In this document: positions 61,601 to 64,000 of the stretch, one piece after another
How the letters are laid out: each line of letters starts with the position of its first letter
How positions within the stretch are numbered: the stretch's first letter is position 1
From: an uncultured Planctomycetota bacterium
Lineage (GTDB): Bacteria; Planctomycetota; Planctomycetia; Isosphaerales; Isosphaeraceae
Length of the DNA stretch: 64,000 nucleotides
Direction: 5' to 3'
NCBI GenBank assembly: GCA_963823665.1
Contig: CAWGMQ010000006.1
Coordinates: 576,001 to 640,000, forward strand
Notes under the pieces: model-generated
Seen by the model: only the letters and a program-made list of their open reading frames with translations
Told to the model about the DNA's origin: nothing
Databases searched by the model: none
Program-made: the position numbers and the translations under genes

Positions 61601-62447
61601 CTTGCTGAGCACAAGCTTGAACCTCAGCAGCCGGATCGAGACTGACGTCGCGATTGAACAGCAGTACGGCCTGCATGACGTTGGCTATGAAGGTGGCTAC
61701 ACTTTCGCCCAGAACATCGAAAACAGCACACCCGTGAATGGCATCTTCAATGGCTATCTGAACATGGGTAACGACGGGTACAGCAGCAGCACTCCCAATG
61801 TTGGCATGTATGCCAACCTCGACCCGCGAACCAAGCAGTTAGCGATTGACATCCTCGATGAGTTTTACAACGCGGGAGGCACACTGCCACTCGTGGCCAG
61901 TGCAGTCGCTAACATCAATACCTGGGCCGTAGCCGCGCCCACCTATTACAATTGGGACACGCCCAAGCTGCAGGCGGCAGTTGCTGTCGAGCAGTCCGCG
62001 CAGCATCCGACCTCTGGCGCGGTGGCGGGTCAGCTCGCGACATCTATTGCGACGACGCTCGATAGCGGCCCCCTCAGCTCAGGTAACCGTATTGAGTCCA
62101 TTGGCGTAGATAAGGGTGGACCGGTGGATACACTCAACGACGCGGGGCCAGCGAATCTCATCGCCCCTGCGGCCGCGCCTGCGATGAATCGGGGCGTGCC
62201 GGATTCGGTTCGATACGGTACGGCGTTTGATTCGAGCCAGCTCGATGCGATTGCTCGTGTGCCCGACACCTTTTCGTATAGCCTCGCTATCGGCACCATC
62301 CCGGTGGCCGGGCTCGACGCACTGTCGGTGATCTTCCCGCCCGCTGACACAAGCGATTACACGACAGCAGCCCCGGCGAGCATGATCGCGATCAAGAAGC
62401 GACCCCACGCCGGTCGCCTGTCATTTGTTGGTATTAACGGTTCCTGA
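55665..62447 (+). CDS. Large secreted/surface protein: Ig-like repeats, PA14 domain and putative glycoside hydrolase domain
   Basis: RBS AGGAG; LEQLECRLALS motif; FTVTAYD..GN.ATGYTG repeats; PA14 GLLGQYY..WSAKWTG..ETYTF; GVPWE..ALANETGKD..YIELSNEIWN..YEGG. Confidence 0.8.
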   Translation: MSRYASSGTLWGRNRGRRRCRTSAWRHARPALEQLECRLALSVGGGWTNSAQSGIVVQPAGAASLVVTGFPTPDEAGVASSFTVTAYDAYGNIATGYTGTVAFASGDSQAGLPASYTFTTGTGKDNGVHTFSATLKTAGTQYLTATDTATSSITGSETGIVVQPGVASLTVTGLPSSMTSGVASNFTVTAYDRYGNIATGYTGKVHFTSTDPSAVLPPDYTFNSGNAGTQSFSTTLNATGTQTIFATDKVTSSFMGSETTTVNPSGGSSATFVKLDATTQGNWENAYGTQGYDIISDAVKIPSYATVTIAGQADYTWTTTSSDVRALQIPGSTNRVGACWDSGTSFTIAVNLNDGQAHDIALYACDFDKGGRAEQIQIISASSGAILDTKSISNFQGGEYLQWQVTGNVIIKVTKQLGNNGILNGLFFDPAATVGPASQLAVSGPTAVTVGSPFNVTVTAEDASGNVATGYSRTVQFASGASLAGLPTSYTFVAADDGTHTFAATLWTAGTQYITATDTTTPSITGTLTGIVVQPAGAASLLIAGFPTPDEAGVASSFTVTAYDAYGNIATGYTGTVVFASGDSQAGLPASYTFTTGTGKDNGVHTFSATLKTAGTQYLTATDTANWSITGSKTGIVVQPVGASSLAVTRLPSSVTPGAASNFTVTAYDPYGNIATGYTGKVHFTSTDPSAVLPPDYTFNSGNAGTQSFSATLNATGTQTIFATDTVTSSITGSETATVNSSGASSATFVKLDSTTQGNWENAYGTQGYDIISDAVSVPSYATVTIAGQKNYTWTTTSSEAQALQIPGSTNRVGACWDSGTSFTIAVNLNDGQAHDIALYACDFDKGGRAEQIQITSASSGAILDTRSISNFQGGEYLQWQVTGNVIITITRQAGPNGILSGLFFDPAVMAGPASQLTVTGPTAVNGPMYVAAGSPFNITVTAKDASGNVATGYRGTIQFTSGDSLAGLPASYTFVAADDGTHTFATTLRTAGAQYITATDTTTPGITGTLSSQSGVGLLGQYYSNSTLSGTPTFTRWDDRADFLWTDGNAIPGGSTDPAFASVGPNNWSAKWTGILTPNFSETYTFVINSAGNGVRLWVTHVGQQQGNPLINDWTYHGQTTDTATMALQVGQDYSVELDYSQTSGSVAQVQLQWSSPSTPLEDIEPVTQVGLDVDGSDNLFANLVNGAVYASWSLAADRYVAAPTDSNLWPEVDAGINLGYGDPNIQDGGSYLVQFNGMATVTNSPETVDWWVNGTDLHTSVLQAGEGYDPSTNTTTATMVVSPIPDPGSTAGFQMTFTNTSRNPTAAPLAITAISDSHGTVTVSVSSVSGIAQNQEVTIAGFTGSAANYNGTYVITSVSASSNTFTYATTASTLPTNPGGGTALVNPENGITNLYVMQPSALGGNTPLPVGTLFVPAALNMYAQYTVLRINSLSYTTADNLTSNWSDRTLVSDNFWSTYTFNSGTGVDTGVSGGAAFAGVPWEVQIALANETGKDVYIDIPINASPSYLTNLADLFAYGSNGVTPYTSPQSDPIWKPLNPNLKVYIELSNEIWNSGYAQAESRWDGWANQLSQRALYDYLTNNQNDPLYPGGGSNAYNDGALLATYYNVNSSNDSAFLGTYNADPAPSTDGASPMYFSNAASVNGYTVGQGWVGLRDVQISNAFKTAFGESNVAAAANNSRVRPVYEWQTGGYWTGALGFIAGTFGAVHPVSYYLYGGGGAFYVSNLVGGFSDVGFANPGFANGLTGWSSSGSAGVVANGSSMGNPNAPPLFSAIAVTNGATESGNTVTITTTATQYFQVGQSVTVSGVVASGYNGTFTVTSVTPTSLTFQDSNVGLASSGDGFVTGTGYSTQTAYLGAGASISQNVTFSGGYADITLYATQNVPTNYSYGLTITLTPTNGGPTINSGQGIPISEGVPNYSISENNFIWDRSQAFYTGATAYTYTVTFTSTLPSGTIFLDNLAIQTVNGMFNETTPALLSTSLNLSSRIETDVAIEQQYGLHDVGYEGGYTFAQNIENSTPVNGIFNGYLNMGNDGYSSSTPNVGMYANLDPRTKQLAIDILDEFYNAGGTLPLVASAVANINTWAVAAPTYYNWDTPKLQAAVAVEQSAQHPTSGAVAGQLATSIATTLDSGPLSSGNRIESIGVDKGGPVDTLNDAGPANLIAPAAAPAMNRGVPDSVRYGTAFDSSQLDAIARVPDTFSYSLAIGTIPVAGLDALSVIFPPADTSDYTTAAPASMIAIKKRPHAGRLSFVGINGS
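55823..58700 (+). repeat. Intragenic tandem duplication, period 1428 bp
   Basis: 55823-57250 repeats near-identically at 57251 to ~58700. Confidence 0.9.
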
Positions 62448-62464
62448 CACCTTTATCTTGCTCA

Positions 62465-63460
62465 TCATCTGGATGAGCCGTACAGCAGCTTCCAGAGCTT
62501 CAGTAAGAGCGAGTCACGCCGCGAGCGCCGGGCGGTGAGACGCTCGGGCGGATAGTTGTAGAAGCCCTGGCCGGTCTTGATGCCAAGGCGTCCGCCGGCC
62601 ACGAGCTGTTCGATCGCGGCTGGCACAGCGGTGACACTACGAATCTCGGGAATGAGATTGCGGTAGGTGGTGAGCTGGATATCCAGGCCGGCGAAGTCGT
62701 GAATCTCGAGCGGTCCCATGGCGGCGAACCGAAAGCCGATCGTGCCTCGAATTGCCGCGTCGATTTCCTCGGGAGTCGCAACGCCCTGGTCGACCAGGTC
62801 CCACACCTCACGCTGTATGGCGACCTGTATGCGGTTGACGAGAAAGCCGGGCAATTCACGTCGCAAGTGGATCGGCAGCTTGCCGATGGCTCGGAGCAAC
62901 CGCATCGTCTTTTCGACCACATCCTTGCCCGTGCGCGGACTGGGGACCACCTCAACGACTGGGGTCAGATGGGGCGGATTGAACCAGTGCGTCACGAGGG
63001 CGCGTTCCGGATGCTCGAGCAGACTGCCCGATTGCGAAATGGGAAAGCTCGACGAGTTGCTCGCCAGGATCGTCTCGGGAGTCACAGTCCGCTCGAGTCG
63101 CGCCAGCAGAGCCTGTTTGGCGGCCAGGTCTTCAGGAATCGCTTCCGTCACGAATTGTGCATCGGACACAGCCTCGGCTTCCGTTCCGGCCGTGAGCAGG
63201 CGGGCAACGATTGGTTCGACGTCGCGCGACTCGACCAGGCCGGCGTCGACGAATGCCGCCAGGTTGACGCGGACACGCTCGATAAACGAGTCACGAGTGG
63301 TTGCCGACTCGTCAAAGCAAGCGACCTCATATCCAGCCAGCGCGAACGTCTGGGCTATGCCATGCCCCATCGTCCCCAGCCCGAGGATCGCGACCCGGTG
63401 AATGCCGCCCTGCTCTTTCATGATCTTCTTCACCCTGTCAGTGCCACATTCGCGGTTCAA
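62465..63460 (-). CDS. 3-hydroxyacyl-CoA dehydrogenase family protein
   Basis: GLGTMG, EAIPE..K, ASNSS, HWFNPP, PGFLVNR. Confidence 0.9.
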   Translation of the reverse strand: MNRECGTDRVKKIMKEQGGIHRVAILGLGTMGHGIAQTFALAGYEVACFDESATTRDSFIERVRVNLAAFVDAGLVESRDVEPIVARLLTAGTEAEAVSDAQFVTEAIPEDLAAKQALLARLERTVTPETILASNSSSFPISQSGSLLEHPERALVTHWFNPPHLTPVVEVVPSPRTGKDVVEKTMRLLRAIGKLPIHLRRELPGFLVNRIQVAIQREVWDLVDQGVATPEEIDAAIRGTIGFRFAAMGPLEIHDFAGLDIQLTTYRNLIPEIRSVTAVPAAIEQLVAGGRLGIKTGQGFYNYPPERLTARRSRRDSLLLKLWKLLYGSSR

Positions 63461-64000
63461 GCACCCACATAGCCCCAGGGAGCAATTGCATCAATATCGC
63501 TCAATACCTCAACCACACAAGGCCGCCGGGCCGCGAAAGCCTGGTCGAGGGCGCCTGCGATTTCACCAGGCTTCTCGACGCGAATGCCCCTGGCGCCCAT
63601 CGTCTCGGCCACGGCGGCGAAGCTGACATCACTGAATTTCCACAACTCGGCGTGGTTCCGCTCCAGTTGCCCGCCATAGGCATCTTTGTAGATATCAATC
63701 TCCATATTCAGCGACCGGTTGTTGTTGACCAGCAGGACGGCGCAGATGTTCCAGCGCACGGCCGTTTCCAGCTCGCTCAGGTGGTACCAGAAGCCGCCGT
63801 CGCCGGAGAACAGGAGGATCGGCCGCTCGGGAGCGGCCAGCTTGGCCCCGAGTGCCGCTGGCAAGCCCCACCCGAGCGAACCCGCCGCCCGGATGTAGCT
63901 CTGGCCGGGCCGGTTCAGGTCGAGCATCGCGCCGGTCCACATGCCGGCATGTCCGGTTTCGGAGACGACCAGGGTGTCCTCCGGCAGAATTCGGCTGAGC
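63457..64000 (-). CDS. Thiamine-pyrophosphate-dependent enzyme, C-terminal part (runs off the right edge)
   Basis: GSLGWGLPAALGAK and the GDGG...NN TPP motif. Confidence 0.88.
   Translation of the reverse strand, partial: LSRILPEDTLVVSETGHAGMWTGAMLDLNRPGQSYIRAAGSLGWGLPAALGAKLAAPERPILLFSGDGGFWYHLSELETAVRWNICAVLLVNNNRSLNMEIDIYKDAYGGQLERNHAELWKFSDVSFAAVAETMGARGIRVEKPGEIAGALDQAFAARRPCVVEVLSDIDAIAPWGYVGA

Overview
High-GC bacterial DNA, most likely a planctomycete of the Isosphaerales type. Evidence: planctomycete RRxxxLExLExRxLL secretion motif, planctomycete-style Ser/Thr kinases, BlaI/M56 pair and ECF/anti-sigma pair. The left ~15 kb is a decaying accessory/defence region. It holds two diverged copies of a DUF4132 + ~1,700-aa protein + MoxR-AAA (Yeh-like) operon with complementary lesions, a lower-GC PtuA/PtuB-like (Septu-type) ATPase+HNH pair, a duplicated 3' end of an ABC permease that brackets a ~10.6-kb interval, and internally deleted AraC and aldo/keto reductase genes. 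The middle carries a TPR-array kinase, an orphan MGE-type helicase with origin-like repeats, a kinase-FGE fusion, dgoD, a two-gene acyl-ligase/NRPS cluster and a tryptophanase joined to a glycoside-hydrolase relic. The best candidate for an undescribed system is a tightly linked two-gene module at 41502-45612: a Ser/Thr kinase fused to a permuted DHH-like domain, followed by a TPR-class III nucleotidyl cyclase lacking the canonical base-selecting Lys. The right part holds GH97, DUF488, an N1pC/P60 enzyme, baeRF3, a Ca2+/H+ antiporter, BlaI/M56 with operators, a 2260-aa surface protein with a 1.43-kb tandem duplication, and two metabolic genes. About ten small frameshifts in otherwise intact genes suggest uncorrected long-read indels. 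All family calls come from motif recognition by eye; no searches were run. No rRNA, tRNA, CRISPR array, integrase or reverse transcriptase was recognised.
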